Positions 41,864 to 52,397 of a stretch of DNA of 64,000 bases are shown here, piece after piece. Each line of letters starts with the position of its first letter. Positions within the stretch are counted from its first letter, which is position 1. Location of the stretch: positions 1,634-65,633 of the forward strand of contig JARLHW010000214.1 of NCBI GenBank assembly GCA_031292075.1, given 5' to 3'. The position numbers and the translations under genes were made by a program. The DNA is from Desulfosporosinus sp. (GTDB taxonomy: Bacteria; Bacillota; Desulfitobacteriia; Desulfitobacteriales; Desulfitobacteriaceae). The notes beneath the pieces were generated by a model, which saw only the letters and a list, made by a program, of their open reading frames with translations, searched no databases and was not told the DNA's origin.

Positions 41864-42502
41864 ATGTATAGTCGGCAAGATATTGTCCTGATCTTCACAC
41901 GATACCCGACGCCCGGTTTCAGCAAGACCAGGCTTATCCCCATTCTGGGGCCTCAGGGGGCCGCCGGCCTGCAGCGAAAAATGACCGAGCAGATTGTAGC
42001 GCAGGCCGCCCGGCTCATCGAAAGCCATCCCCATGACCTCGAAATCCATTATGAAGGCGGCAGCCTGCCCCTGATGCGGGCGTGGCTCGGCCCTTCCCGT
42101 ACCTACCAGCCACAGAAGGCCGGCGATCTGGGGACCCGAATGAGCCAGGCCATTTCTGCACACCTCAAAGGCAAACGCGCCATTATCCTCGCAGGCTCCG
42201 ACTGCCCGGCCCTAACATCCTCTCTGCTGACCCGGGCGCTGGAGGCCTTGCAGGAGAAGGATATAGTCATCGGCCCTGCCTGCGATGGCGGCTATTACCT
42301 GATCGGCGTGCGGGGGGGGGTGAGAGAAGACTGCGTCTCTTCCCTCTTCACCGATATCCCCTGGGGCTCGGCAAGCGTCTTCGCCGAGACTATGGCCAGG
42401 GCCGGCCGCCTTCAACTTACATCCCATATCCTGCCGGAACTCCATGACATCGACAGACCTGAAGACCTCAGATATCTCCATTATAATTCCGACCTTCAAT
42501 GA
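41864..42502 (+). CDS. DUF2064 / TIGR04282-type glycosyltransferase-like protein
   Basis: FTRYPTPG.SKTRL, Q..GDLG.RM, GSDCP, GPA.DGGYYLIG, DID.PEDL. Confidence 0.88.
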   Translation: MYSRQDIVLIFTRYPTPGFSKTRLIPILGPQGAAGLQRKMTEQIVAQAARLIESHPHDLEIHYEGGSLPLMRAWLGPSRTYQPQKAGDLGTRMSQAISAHLKGKRAIILAGSDCPALTSSLLTRALEALQEKDIVIGPACDGGYYLIGVRGGVREDCVSSLFTDIPWGSASVFAETMARAGRLQLTSHILPELHDIDRPEDLRYLHYNSDLQ

Positions 42503-43130
42503 AGAACGGCATATCGATGCCCTTGCAGACAGCCTGCAGTCCTGCGAGGTCATCATTGTCGATGGCGGCAGCAGCGACCGGACAGTCCTCTTTGCACGCA
42601 AGCGAGGTCTGCACGTCGAACAATGCCCCGGCGGCCGCGCCGCCCAACTCAACTACGGGGCTGCCAGAGCGGCGGGACGGGTACTCCTGTTCCTCCATGC
42701 CGACACCCTCCTGCCGGAAGATTTCGCCGTCCCGCTCCTGCAGGCCCTGGCCGACCGGGACGTGGTCGCAGGCGCCTTCAGTCTCTCCATCCAAGGTGCC
42801 GGGCCGGCGCTGCGTTTCATCGCTCTGGCCGCCAATATCCGTTCGCGCCTCCTGCAGCTTCCGTATGGGGACCAGGGCATCTTCATCGCCAGCGATCAGT
42901 TCCAGCGGTTCGGCGGGTTCCCGGAAATCCCCATCATGGAGGATTTGGCCTTCATACGAAAGGCAGGAGCCCTGGGCAAGATCCGAATACTCCCACAATG
43001 CGTACGGACATCGGCACGGAGATGGCAGCGGCTGGGCGTCGTCCGCACAACGCTGATCAATCAACTTATGATCCTGGGCTTCATCCTGCGGATCCCGCCT
43101 GAACGGCTGGCCTCATTGTACCGGAGGTAA
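42444..43130 (+). CDS. TIGR04283-type GT2 glycosyltransferase
   Basis: SIIIPTFNEE, VDGGSSD, FLHAD, PYGDQG, TSARRW. Confidence 0.9.
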   Translation: MTSTDLKTSDISIIIPTFNEERHIDALADSLQSCEVIIVDGGSSDRTVLFARKRGLHVEQCPGGRAAQLNYGAARAAGRVLLFLHADTLLPEDFAVPLLQALADRDVVAGAFSLSIQGAGPALRFIALAANIRSRLLQLPYGDQGIFIASDQFQRFGGFPEIPIMEDLAFIRKAGALGKIRILPQCVRTSARRWQRLGVVRTTLINQLMILGFILRIPPERLASLYRR

Positions 43131-43751
43131 GCCCGCGGGCGCCTTCTCTTTGGGCGGAGTCTCAAAAAATTCTTTCACATCCCGGGTGGAAAACTGCGTC
43201 TGCTTCTGGGCCATCATCTTCCGCACATCGTCGTCCTTTATCAGCTCCTGGGCAAAAAGAGTTGATTTATTCAGCGCATTACAGGTCTGGCAGGCTGTAA
43301 GCATGGGGTCTTGCGGCGGCAGCGCCATTTTCAACACGATGTGGATCATGATCAGGAGCAGCACGGCCTTGGCGCCGCCGAGCACTCCCCCCAGAATTTT
43401 ATCCAGCCACCCCGTAAAGGTGAGCTTCATCATAAAGGCCGCAACCCGTCCAGCCAGTATCACTGCAATATAGGTAGCCACAAAGACGAGGGCGTAGGAG
43501 GCAAAAAAAATGACCTTGGGATTTTTCGATATCTCTAGTAAAAATGGCTTTACTCTGTCATGATACTGACCGGCAACGATATAACCGGCATAGAGGGCAA
43601 GAAGGCCGGAGACCTGCCTCAGGAATCCCACCCACATCCCGCGCAGGACCAATAAGCCCAAAATGATAATGACAACGAGATCATACCCCGTCAGACCGGT
43701 ACCGGCAACCATAGCAACCCCTGTTTCCTTGAAGGGACCATTCCACACCAT
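43113..43751 (-). CDS. cvpA: CvpA-family membrane protein
   Basis: YDLV...RGM..GFLRQ, WLDKILGG.LG; four TM helices. Confidence 0.85.
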   Translation of the reverse strand: MVWNGPFKETGVAMVAGTGLTGYDLVVIIILGLLVLRGMWVGFLRQVSGLLALYAGYIVAGQYHDRVKPFLLEISKNPKVIFFASYALVFVATYIAVILAGRVAAFMMKLTFTGWLDKILGGVLGGAKAVLLLIMIHIVLKMALPPQDPMLTACQTCNALNKSTLFAQELIKDDDVRKMMAQKQTQFSTRDVKEFFETPPKEKAPAGLPPVQ

Positions 43752-43766
43752 ACGCCCAAGCCTGAA

Positions 43767-44594
43767 TTGTTAGCAGGAACGGTTGAAATTGCAAGATTTT
43801 TTTACGGTATGTCCCTTATGATCCCCCATTTTTTCCGCATCCGTCCCCTACCTGAAACGCTTTTGGCCCAGATCAGAGCCAGTGACAGACAGGCCTGCTC
43901 AATCCCTGTTCTCTTGGATTTCTCCGCCCTAAAGACCTGTGCGGATCTCAAGACTATGGATATGGAAAAATGGCTGAGTGCGGAGGAAAAGGACAGATTT
44001 CTCGAGTTCAAGCTACAAAAGCGGCAAATAGAATGGCTGGCTGGCCGCATCGGCGCCAAGATTGCCGTCAGGGACTATTTCCGCACCCATTTCCGGGACC
44101 AGAAGATGCCGGCAGACAATGAGATTGTCATCGCCAATTCCGCCGGCGGCAGACCCTTTATCGCCAGGATCGGCAAAGAGGTCTGGCGGCAGGCGCCGGA
44201 TATCTCGATTTCGCACAGCGGTGACCTGAGCCTGGCCCTGGCGGCAGCAACCTGCTGCGGCGTCGATGTCCAGAGAGCTGTCGACACCCTGACCCGCGTC
44301 AAGGAGCGTTTCTGCGCCACCCATGAGGAGCGCCTCCTGGCTGGGGTGCAGGAAAGCAGACCGCTCATCCCCCTGGCCCTCCTCTGGGCGGCCAAGGAGG
44401 CGGCCAAAAAGGCCTTGAGCATACTCGCCATGCCGGGATTTTCTGAGCTGGTCCTGACCGGGATCGACCGGACCTGCAGCCAGGTGCCGGTCTTCATCTT
44501 CACCCGGCACCGTCACCAGACAGGTCCTCCCGAAAAGATCCGTGTCGCAACCGCCTGCCATCAAACCTCAGCCATAGGGATCTGCATTCCCTGA
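43767..44594 (+). CDS. Sfp-type 4'-phosphopantetheinyl transferase
   Basis: GRP, ISISHS, GVDVQ, WAAKEA..K; start uncertain. Confidence 0.85.
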   Translation: MLAGTVEIARFFYGMSLMIPHFFRIRPLPETLLAQIRASDRQACSIPVLLDFSALKTCADLKTMDMEKWLSAEEKDRFLEFKLQKRQIEWLAGRIGAKIAVRDYFRTHFRDQKMPADNEIVIANSAGGRPFIARIGKEVWRQAPDISISHSGDLSLALAAATCCGVDVQRAVDTLTRVKERFCATHEERLLAGVQESRPLIPLALLWAAKEAAKKALSILAMPGFSELVLTGIDRTCSQVPVFIFTRHRHQTGPPEKIRVATACHQTSAIGICIP

Positions 44595-44608
44595 ACACAT
44601 TTGCCGAT

Positions 44609-45466
44609 ATGCCCGAACTCCCAGAAATCGAAGTCATTCGCCGGGGTCTGCAGCTCCATCTTCCAGGCCGCAGGATTGAGGCCGTCTTCCATAACGGGAA
44701 GGCGCTGCGACACGAAGTGCCGCTTAAGGACATGCAGAAAGTGCTTGTCGGCAGCACTATAAGAGAGGTTGGAAGAAGGGCCAAGTTTCTCCTCCTTCAT
44801 TTCGAAGCCGGCGCCGTCCTGATCATCCACCTGGGTATGACAGGCAGGCTGGGGCTCTTCCCCTCCATTTCCCCCCTTGCCAAGCACGACCACATCCGCT
44901 GGCGCCTTGATAAGGGACTGGACCTGCGTTTTCACGACACCAGACGCTTCGGCTCAGTCCGGTTGCTGCCGGCAGGCGAGGCTGAGGACAGAGAAGCCAC
45001 GGTGTTTTCAGCAGTCGGCCCGGAGCCCTTCAGCGAGGCCTGCTCTGCGGCTTATCTCCAAAGACAGGCAAGGCGAAAAAAACAGCCGGTCAAGACCTTT
45101 CTGATGGATATGAAGATGCTGGCAGGCGTAGGCAATATCTACGCCAACGAATGCCTGTTCACTCCCAAAATCCATCCGGCCCGCCCGGCAGACGACTTGG
45201 CCCTCGATGAGTGGCAGCGGCTCATCCTTGAACTGCGGGCCATCCTGAATCACGCCATCGACTGCGGCGGATCGACCATCAGCGACTATCTGAATGCCAG
45301 CGGCAAACCCGGCTATTTCCAGGTCCATTTCAAAGTCTATGGCAGAACCGGCGAGCCTTGTCAATGTTGCGGCACCCCCATTGAAAAGATCCAGCTGGGC
45401 GGCAGGGCCACCTACTTCTGCCCCTCCTGCCAGCAGCAAGGCGCCTACTCCAACCCAAGGGGATAG
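44609..45466 (+). CDS. mutM: Formamidopyrimidine-DNA glycosylase
   Basis: MPELPE, HLGMTG, GNIYANE, C-terminal zinc finger. Confidence 0.97.
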   Translation: MPELPEIEVIRRGLQLHLPGRRIEAVFHNGKALRHEVPLKDMQKVLVGSTIREVGRRAKFLLLHFEAGAVLIIHLGMTGRLGLFPSISPLAKHDHIRWRLDKGLDLRFHDTRRFGSVRLLPAGEAEDREATVFSAVGPEPFSEACSAAYLQRQARRKKQPVKTFLMDMKMLAGVGNIYANECLFTPKIHPARPADDLALDEWQRLILELRAILNHAIDCGGSTISDYLNASGKPGYFQVHFKVYGRTGEPCQCCGTPIEKIQLGGRATYFCPSCQQQGAYSNPRG

Positions 45467-46671
45467 CACCGGGGGAAGGGCAGCGGAGAGACGCGGACCG
45501 CGTCACCCTTTTTGAAATTCAGCCGATGCGCGGGAAAGAGGATATGACAGGAGGCGGCCTCCGCCTTTTCGGCCAGACGGACCGAGTCCTTCTTCAGCAC
45601 GCCCCCCAGCAATCTTAACACGCCCTTTTCCTTGAAGACCACCGGTGCATCAAGGTGGGTCCGGCAGCCTGGCGGCCGCCTCATACCCTGGGCAAGAAGC
45701 AGGGTCGGCCCGATGAGCTGGCTGAACAGGGCACCGGCAGCAGGCGGCGGACCCGGCAGGCCGAAAAAGAGAATACGGCCGAGCAGGCCGAAGAGCGTGG
45801 CCTTTCCAGGACGGACCAGCAGCGAACGATAGAGGACCCGCCCTCCTGCACGCACGAAGGCCTCCTCCAGCAGGTCATATTTTCCTGGTCCCATGCCCCC
45901 CGTGCTGATGATAAAGTCAGGCACTTCGGCATCAATCCGGCTAAAGGCACGGGCAAGCTCTGCCTCGGTGTCGGCAACCGTGCCTAGAAACCCAGGGATG
46001 CCTCCGGACATCCGGATCAGCCCGTCCAGCAGATAACGGTTGCCGGACACCTTCAGACCCTGCCTTTCCTGATCAGGCCTGCCGACCAATTCGCTGCCGG
46101 TACAGAAATAGGCCACCCGGGGCCTGCGGTGGACCAGGATCCGGGAATGGCCCGTCGCGGCCAGCAGGACCAGATGGTCCGGCAGGATGGAGCTGCCGGC
46201 ATGAGCCACCACCCGACCTCGGTCGATCTCACTGCCCTGTCGGCGAATAAAGGGATTCCGCCTCTCCAGCACCGCGCCGGAGACCGACAGCCTTCCCTCT
46301 CTGACCTCGCAGTCTTCCTGGGGGATCACCCGAATCCCTCCGGCAGGGATCAGGGCTCCGGTCATGATCCGGCAGGCCGTTCCGGCCCTCAGATGCGGCG
46401 GATCAGTCGTCCCCGCCTGGATTTCGCCCTCGACCCCCAGGCTGCAGCCGGCCTGCAGCTGCCCAGCCCCTTCTTTCGACACCACAAAACCGTCCCGGCT
46501 GGCCTGGTCATATCCCGGCTGGGCCTTGACGGCCCGGATGGATTGTACTGGCGCCCGAAACAGGGACGCTTCCAGCGGGACGTCCTCTCCTTCCGTCCTC
46601 CGGACATACGAGGCGATCATTTTTTCGGCGGCTGCAAGGGTGAATCCCCCCTGTTCTTTTTTTCCCATCAT
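45445..46671 (-). CDS. moeA: Molybdopterin molybdotransferase MoeA-like
   Basis: SRDGF, RIMTGA, TGSEL, STGG.GPGKYD, RPGK, GLPGPP. Confidence 0.88.
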   Translation of the reverse strand: MMGKKEQGGFTLAAAEKMIASYVRRTEGEDVPLEASLFRAPVQSIRAVKAQPGYDQASRDGFVVSKEGAGQLQAGCSLGVEGEIQAGTTDPPHLRAGTACRIMTGALIPAGGIRVIPQEDCEVREGRLSVSGAVLERRNPFIRRQGSEIDRGRVVAHAGSSILPDHLVLLAATGHSRILVHRRPRVAYFCTGSELVGRPDQERQGLKVSGNRYLLDGLIRMSGGIPGFLGTVADTEAELARAFSRIDAEVPDFIISTGGMGPGKYDLLEEAFVRAGGRVLYRSLLVRPGKATLFGLLGRILFFGLPGPPPAAGALFSQLIGPTLLLAQGMRRPPGCRTHLDAPVVFKEKGVLRLLGGVLKKDSVRLAEKAEAASCHILFPAHRLNFKKGDAVRVSPLPFPRCYPLGLE

Positions 46672-46739
46672 CCTCTCTCAAGACAGGCCGAATCAGAAAG
46701 GGAGAGCGGCTCCACCTCCGATCAGACGCCTTTATTCGA

Positions 46740-48332
46740 TCACGAGCTGCAGGACAGCATGGAGCAGCCGGCCCGGCTGCGGGCCCAGTCTGGGCGTCTG
46801 CCGGCATACCGCTCAGCCTCCGGTTGCTCATCATAGGGCCTTCTGAGCACCTCCAGAAGTTCACGGATCTGAGAATAATCGCCCTGCTCAGCCTTGTCTA
46901 TGGCCAATTGCGCCAGATAATTGCGCAGCACATATTTAGGATTTGTCCGATTCATCCTCTCGCGTCGATCCGGCAGGGCGTTCCTTCGCAGACGCTCTCC
47001 ATATCTGACCAGCCACGCCATAAGCCGGGACCGGGATTCAGCGCTGGGAGGAGAATAACACGCATCCATCAAAAAGGAAGGGATCTCCTCCCACGGCCCA
47101 CTTTCGAAGCCCGAAAGGTTGCGAAAAAAAATGGTCATATCCATTTCCAGGGCCTGGAGCATGGCGAAGAGCTCACTGACCAGCTCATCGTCGACCCCGG
47201 CCTCAAAAGCGGCAAATCCTAATTTTTCCGCGATCATGGCCTGCCATCCCTGCTGGAAAATTTGGCCATATTGCCTCAGAGCATCCTGCAGGGGCCCATC
47301 TGCGCCGATAATGGGGTAGAGGGCATTGGCCAGCTGGAGCAGATTCCACTGGGCGATATGCGGTTGATTGCCGAAACAATACCTGCGCCCGGAAGCGTCG
47401 GTGGTATTCGGCGTCCAGCCGGGGTCAAAATTTTCCAGCCAGCCATAGGGACCGTAATCGATGGTCAGTCCCAGGATGGACATATTGTCGGTATTCATGA
47501 CCCCGTGGACAAAGCCCACCCGCATCCAATGGACCATCAGCTCGGCCGTTCGCCTGCAGACCTCGGCAAACCAGGGGCAAAAAACCTCGGGGCCGTGTCC
47601 GCCAAATTGCGGGAAATCAGTACGGATCGTATAATCGACCAACTGCTGCAGCAATCGGGTCTCACCGCGGGAGGCGAATATCTCGAAATTACCGAAACGG
47701 ATAAACGACGGGGAAAGCCGGCAAACGATCGCCCCGGGCTCATCTTTGGGATGGCCGTCATAGAACATATCCCGCTCCACGGCATCTCCTGTTGCAATCA
47801 GGCTCAGGGCCCTGGTGGTGGGAATCCCCAGATGAAACATCGCTTCACTGCAAAGGAATTCCCGCACCGATGAGCGCATCACCGCCAGTCCGTCCGCAGT
47901 GCGTGAATAGGGTGTAGGACCGGCTCCCTTGAGTTGAAGCACCCAGCGCTCTCCCCGGCTGTTGACGACCTCGGCCAGATTGATGGCGCGGCCATCTCCC
48001 AGCTGGCCCGCCCAACTGCCAAACTGGTGGCCGCCATAGCACATTGCGAAGGGCTGCATGCCCGACATGATTCGGTTGCCGGCAAAAACCTCCAGAAATG
48101 CGGGAGAGGAACAGTCTTCTTCCGATAGATCCAGCAAAGCGGCGGCTTCAGGGGAAGAGATAACCAAAACAGGTGCCGGGACCTTGGTCGGAGAAACAAG
48201 AGAGTAACAGGCACCCCTCACCTGGCGGCGGGTATTCTCCAGAAGCGGATCTGCAGGCAGCTCCCTGACAAAGCGGTTGTCAAAACGTAAGCGCCCCAGC
48301 GTCCCTGGGTATATCGGAATATGTGCGGTCAA
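46740..48332 (-). CDS. selO: Protein adenylyltransferase SelO (YdiU)
   Basis: YGGHQFG, QLKGAG.TPYSR, HGVMNTDN, C-terminal CSMLSCSS. Confidence 0.95.
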   Translation of the reverse strand: MTAHIPIYPGTLGRLRFDNRFVRELPADPLLENTRRQVRGACYSLVSPTKVPAPVLVISSPEAAALLDLSEEDCSSPAFLEVFAGNRIMSGMQPFAMCYGGHQFGSWAGQLGDGRAINLAEVVNSRGERWVLQLKGAGPTPYSRTADGLAVMRSSVREFLCSEAMFHLGIPTTRALSLIATGDAVERDMFYDGHPKDEPGAIVCRLSPSFIRFGNFEIFASRGETRLLQQLVDYTIRTDFPQFGGHGPEVFCPWFAEVCRRTAELMVHWMRVGFVHGVMNTDNMSILGLTIDYGPYGWLENFDPGWTPNTTDASGRRYCFGNQPHIAQWNLLQLANALYPIIGADGPLQDALRQYGQIFQQGWQAMIAEKLGFAAFEAGVDDELVSELFAMLQALEMDMTIFFRNLSGFESGPWEEIPSFLMDACYSPPSAESRSRLMAWLVRYGERLRRNALPDRRERMNRTNPKYVLRNYLAQLAIDKAEQGDYSQIRELLEVLRRPYDEQPEAERYAGRRPDWARSRAGCSMLSCSS

Positions 48333-48705
48333 AATTGGGCCTCCCTTGGTAGCCTGAGTCTGTATGGAACTCTAAGCACAACGGAAACTTCCTGCAAGGC
48401 AGGCCTCTGGCCGTCAGTGTGTTTTCTGCAGATGGAAGTGGTGAAGAAAGCGACGGTATCCAGACATTTCCCTGGATAACGATGCAGGACAAATAACACC
48501 GCGCCTGTTTTTGAAAGACATGCAGACCTGTTTATGGTTTAATCTGAAGGGAGATAAAAAGCACAGACTGAAACGCTGACGCCCCCCGACCGGGCCGCGT
48601 AGGGACAAGCAGGGGTGAGCTGCCCACCTCGGGGGACGCAGACGTTTCAAAGCTTTATCACTTCCTCATAAAGAAGGTAATGAAGAAGGCGGCAGGAATA
48701 CTGAT

Positions 48706-48753
48706 GTATCAGACAGCTGCTCAATCTGAAGGAGACTGAGCGCTGTCTGATAC
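48706..48753. terminator. Long hairpin immediately downstream of the CoA-transferase beta gene
   Basis: GTATCAGACAGC...GCTGTCTGATAC inverted repeat; no clear U-tract. Confidence 0.55.
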
Positions 48754-48756
48754 GAC

Positions 48757-49578
48757 TTATTTAGCGGCACGCTTTACAAACACTCCCGCCGGATCAATTT
48801 CTTCGCGGATCAACCGTATCTCTTCCACAGTTGGAGTCGTGAACTCGCTGACATTTGGAGACACAAGCAGTTCAAACCCCGTAGCATCCTGGATACTCTG
48901 AACAGTCTCTCCGGGGAAGGTATACAGGATGCGCATCCTGCTGGTTTTTTCGTCGAAATCGAAAATACCCTTGGTGGAGATCAATCGATAGGGTCCCTTC
49001 CCCTGCATACCTGCCTTGTATCGGGCATTCGGCGTACCGTCAAGATGACCGGGGCTCGTGATGTAGTTGAGTTTCTCGTTGAATTTCTTTTTGTCATGGG
49101 GGACGATGAGGATCGTCCGCTCACAAGAGGCAGCCATGTCGCTGGCACCTCCACTTCCGGGCAACCGAACCTTCGGCCGCTGGTAGCCAGCGGGAAAATC
49201 ACCGATCATAGTGGAATTCAGATTGCCGTACATATCGACCTCGGCCCCGCCGATGAATCCAAAATCGGCAAAACCGCGCTGGGTCAGCTCAAAGGCAGCA
49301 TTCAATCCTTTGACATAGGAGGCACCGGTGAAGGTCTTTGAATCGCCGACTGAAAGGGGAAGTCCATGAATAAGGGCAGGACCAACAGCCCCGGCCTCAA
49401 AAACAGGAATCAACCCGGGAGCATGAGTTCGTTTTGCCAGAAGAGAAGCAACCATGGGCAGGCCGGTCCCAACAAATACAATTTTATTGTCCTCTAGAAC
49501 CTTTGCTCCCGCCACAACAATAATTTCCTGGGCGGTATAATCCTTTGAGGGACTCATACCCTCTATTGAATCTGTCAT
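48757..49578 (-). CDS. Family I CoA-transferase beta subunit (GctB-like)
   Basis: VFVGTGLP, catalytic FEAG, GNLNST, RLPGSGGA.D. Confidence 0.9.
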   Translation of the reverse strand: MTDSIEGMSPSKDYTAQEIIVVAGAKVLEDNKIVFVGTGLPMVASLLAKRTHAPGLIPVFEAGAVGPALIHGLPLSVGDSKTFTGASYVKGLNAAFELTQRGFADFGFIGGAEVDMYGNLNSTMIGDFPAGYQRPKVRLPGSGGASDMAASCERTILIVPHDKKKFNEKLNYITSPGHLDGTPNARYKAGMQGKGPYRLISTKGIFDFDEKTSRMRILYTFPGETVQSIQDATGFELLVSPNVSEFTTPTVEEIRLIREEIDPAGVFVKRAAK

Positions 49579-49616
49579 AAAGACTCCTTATATATAGGTA
49601 AAGGCTGTTCCAAGGA

Positions 49617-50633
49617 TCAGGCCAGCCGCTCGCAGTTGAAGGACTCCGCTGCCTGATCGGCAATCAGTTTCCGGGACTGGAACATTTCGACGTAATCTTC
49701 AAACTCGGCAACACCGAAAATATATTTATCATACCAGGCCTTTAATCCGTCCATTGATCCGCCCTTGCAGGCGGGAGCGACGAGACTGTGGAACTCACGG
49801 ATGTGATCGCCATTGAAATAATAATGCCGCCGACAGGCACCTGGGTAGGCGCCAAAGGGCACCTTGACAACCGCGTCAACGGCAGCAAAAGGAATCGAGA
49901 CATCCTTCGGCTGGCTGACCACCAGGTCGTGGGAAACCAGTTGCTCACAGGTCACGATGGTGTGGGCTGCGGCCATGGCAAGTTCCGGGCAGGTGGCATC
50001 GGTGCCGCGGATAATGCAGTTGCCGAACTTATCCGCTGCCTGCACATGAAGAATGGCTACGTTGGGATTACTGGCCGGGAGCAGGGCAATGGGCCGCCCG
50101 GTGAAGGGACAGTCAACAATTTTGGTCCGGCTTGTCTTACAGATGTCGCCGCCCAGAGGACCGCGGGTCGGGATAAAGGGAAGCCCCATCGCACCTGCCT
50201 TGAATCTAGCGGACATGTTGTAATTACTCCAGTCCTCAAACTCAACCAGACCATTTTCGGCAAGATATCTCCAGACAGGAGACAGGCCATAGGCCTCATG
50301 CGCCCAATAGGCCAATTCGATTCGTTTGATTGAAAAATGCTCAGGCCGGATCATCATTGCACCACCTAAGATGTCCGGGGCCATCCCTGCTGATTGAAAA
50401 GAAAGGGTCAGATCCTTGAAACCGTGCCGGACCATCTCGTGGGTAATGGCAATTGGCTGACGGATATTGACAAAACCGCCGATACCGACGTTGTCTCCAT
50501 CCTTGATGAACCTTGACACCGCATCTTTCAGTGTCATCTGCTTATCTCTCATGGACTTGTCTTTATTGACAAGGGCCTCTCTGGCCTCATCGGGTGACAA
50601 CCCTGTCCAGAATATTTTGTCTTTGTTATCCAA
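49617..50633 (-). CDS. Family I CoA-transferase alpha subunit (GctA-like)
   Basis: RFKAGAMGLPFIP, CPFTG, HVQAADKFGN, PFGAYP; likely TTG start after GAGGT. Confidence 0.9.
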   Translation of the reverse strand: MDNKDKIFWTGLSPDEAREALVNKDKSMRDKQMTLKDAVSRFIKDGDNVGIGGFVNIRQPIAITHEMVRHGFKDLTLSFQSAGMAPDILGGAMMIRPEHFSIKRIELAYWAHEAYGLSPVWRYLAENGLVEFEDWSNYNMSARFKAGAMGLPFIPTRGPLGGDICKTSRTKIVDCPFTGRPIALLPASNPNVAILHVQAADKFGNCIIRGTDATCPELAMAAAHTIVTCEQLVSHDLVVSQPKDVSIPFAAVDAVVKVPFGAYPGACRRHYYFNGDHIREFHSLVAPACKGGSMDGLKAWYDKYIFGVAEFEDYVEMFQSRKLIADQAAESFNCERLA

Positions 50634-50843
50634 TTTGCGTACCTCTTGCGTTCTAGTAAAAATTACCACTGTTTTCCAAAAGCCGGCAAGCGGCCCTCAG
50701 AATCTCCCAGTCAATTGAAACGCTATAAAACGTGTACTACCCGGCAGGAACTTTCTTTCTCTTTCTGTATCCCTAGCCTCGTCTCCATACCTTCGATACT
50801 GCAGCCACATCTGCTTTCAGTAGGGACAGGTAACCCTCAGCTC

Positions 50844-51920
50844 TCAATCAAGGTCCAGCGACTGGCCCCCATCCTTTCTGATGATCTCCTGCAAAGAATG
50901 AGAAGACTGCAGGTTGAGGAAATCCTCAAAGGTCTCGCAACCGAAGATATTTCGGTCATAATATTTCTGCAATCGGTCGGTATTACCGCTCTTTCTGAAT
51001 TCTTCACAGAGGGTCCTAAATTCCAGGAGATGAGCGATATCAAATCCGTAGTGACCACGGCAAGCCCCGGGTGTAGCACCAAAAGGCTGCTCGACCACCT
51101 CGTCAATATCATCACTGGAAATTTCAGTCAGGCCCGCATAGCCGCAAATGTGCTCCTGCGGAAGGATCTGATCTACAGACATAATAGTCCTGGCGGCAGC
51201 TCGAGCGATATCGGGACAACCGCATAATGCGCCTATAATTCGAGCATTCCCGCACATATCTGCGGCCGGCACATGGACAATGCCGACATCCGGACGACAG
51301 AAAGACCAGGCTGTCTCTCTCTTACCCGACAGGCCATGCACACCGATCCTCTCCGAAACGTTCAATTCCTCAGCAGAACCGGCATCTTCAAGACTCTGCC
51401 ATCCGGAGAGATCACTGCTGCAGGCGCCTACAGTGAACCGAGCGCCCGGATTACTTATTGAAAAGTCGCTGCACTCCACCATCCCGGCATCAACCAGATA
51501 TCCGAGCAAAGGCCGCATCTCGCGGTGCCCATCATCATGCCAGGCAAAATCAATTCGCTTAATGGAGAGATGGCCCGGGTCCAGGATCATGGCCCCAGCC
51601 AGCAGTTCTGCGCATATGGACGAAGAAGACAGCGAAAGAGTAAGGCCGCGCACGCCATGCCGGATAATCTCGTGAACGATAGCCACAGGCCCGCGAGTAT
51701 CATGAAGTCCGCCCATGCCCAGATTGATGTCATCGGTAATGTGTCTGCTGACAGCTTCCTGCATGGTAGTGCGCTTGTCGCATATCCCCTTTTTCTCACA
51801 CCCCCTCCTCAGGTCTACAGGAGGAACCGGGACCCAGCAATCCGGCAGGGAATACACTTTCCCATCAATATATTCATGCGTTGACGATGTGACAGCTACA
51901 GTGGAAGGGTATACTGACAT
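50844..51920 (-). CDS. Second, divergent CoA-transferase alpha-like subunit
   Basis: Collinear with the neighbouring alpha gene (HEIIRHG, IKRIDFAW, HVPAAD.CGN, QPFGA.PG) but the central motifs are eroded. Confidence 0.75.
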   Translation of the reverse strand: MSVYPSTVAVTSSTHEYIDGKVYSLPDCWVPVPPVDLRRGCEKKGICDKRTTMQEAVSRHITDDINLGMGGLHDTRGPVAIVHEIIRHGVRGLTLSLSSSSICAELLAGAMILDPGHLSIKRIDFAWHDDGHREMRPLLGYLVDAGMVECSDFSISNPGARFTVGACSSDLSGWQSLEDAGSAEELNVSERIGVHGLSGKRETAWSFCRPDVGIVHVPAADMCGNARIIGALCGCPDIARAAARTIMSVDQILPQEHICGYAGLTEISSDDIDEVVEQPFGATPGACRGHYGFDIAHLLEFRTLCEEFRKSGNTDRLQKYYDRNIFGCETFEDFLNLQSSHSLQEIIRKDGGQSLDLD

Positions 51921-51995
51921 GACGAAACCTCCGCTCCCGCAAACTACAGGAGAAGATGGGAATCTTTGCGTCGTTTGCCTGAAACGCGCACAGGA

Positions 51996-52053
51996 CAAGC
52001 GATCATGGGCGCCGAAACCCAGCCGCGACGCGCCGGCTGCCCATGATCGCTTG
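51996..52053. repeat. Perfect 15-bp inverted repeat upstream of the CoA-transferase genes
   Basis: CAAGCGATCATGGGC (51996-52010) and GCCCATGATCGCTTG (52039-52053). Confidence 0.85.
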
Positions 52054-52397
52054 CGTTTCCTGAAAATCCTCGGGGAACCTCTACATTACCAGTCTCATTT
52101 CAGAATCGCAGAGGATCTTAAAGGATGAAATTCAGCGAGTAAATCGGTTCCAACCTGATTTTGAGTCAGTTCAAAGACCATGCAGCGTAGGCTTCCAACC
52201 TACACGAGGATAGATAATATGAGGATATTGGACTAAATATAATACCACAACAGAACCCTGATGCCCGGTTGAATCGCCTAAAAATCAGAGGTGCCCAAAT
52301 CCTGCGGCAAAGGCGGAAGTAATTTCCACTGGCGGAGAAAATACATCTTTATGTTATGCCAATAACATACCAGTTTAGATATACTCTCAAGGGGCTT

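Noticed and set aside
46740-46760. Selenocysteine readthrough at the selO TGA
   Set aside because: The Sec-equivalent position is already Cys (CSS); the TGA is the normal stop.
51965-51985. c-di-GMP-I riboswitch-like words GGCAAAC/GACGCAAAG on the minus strand
   Set aside because: The intervening GNRA-capped helix is absent.
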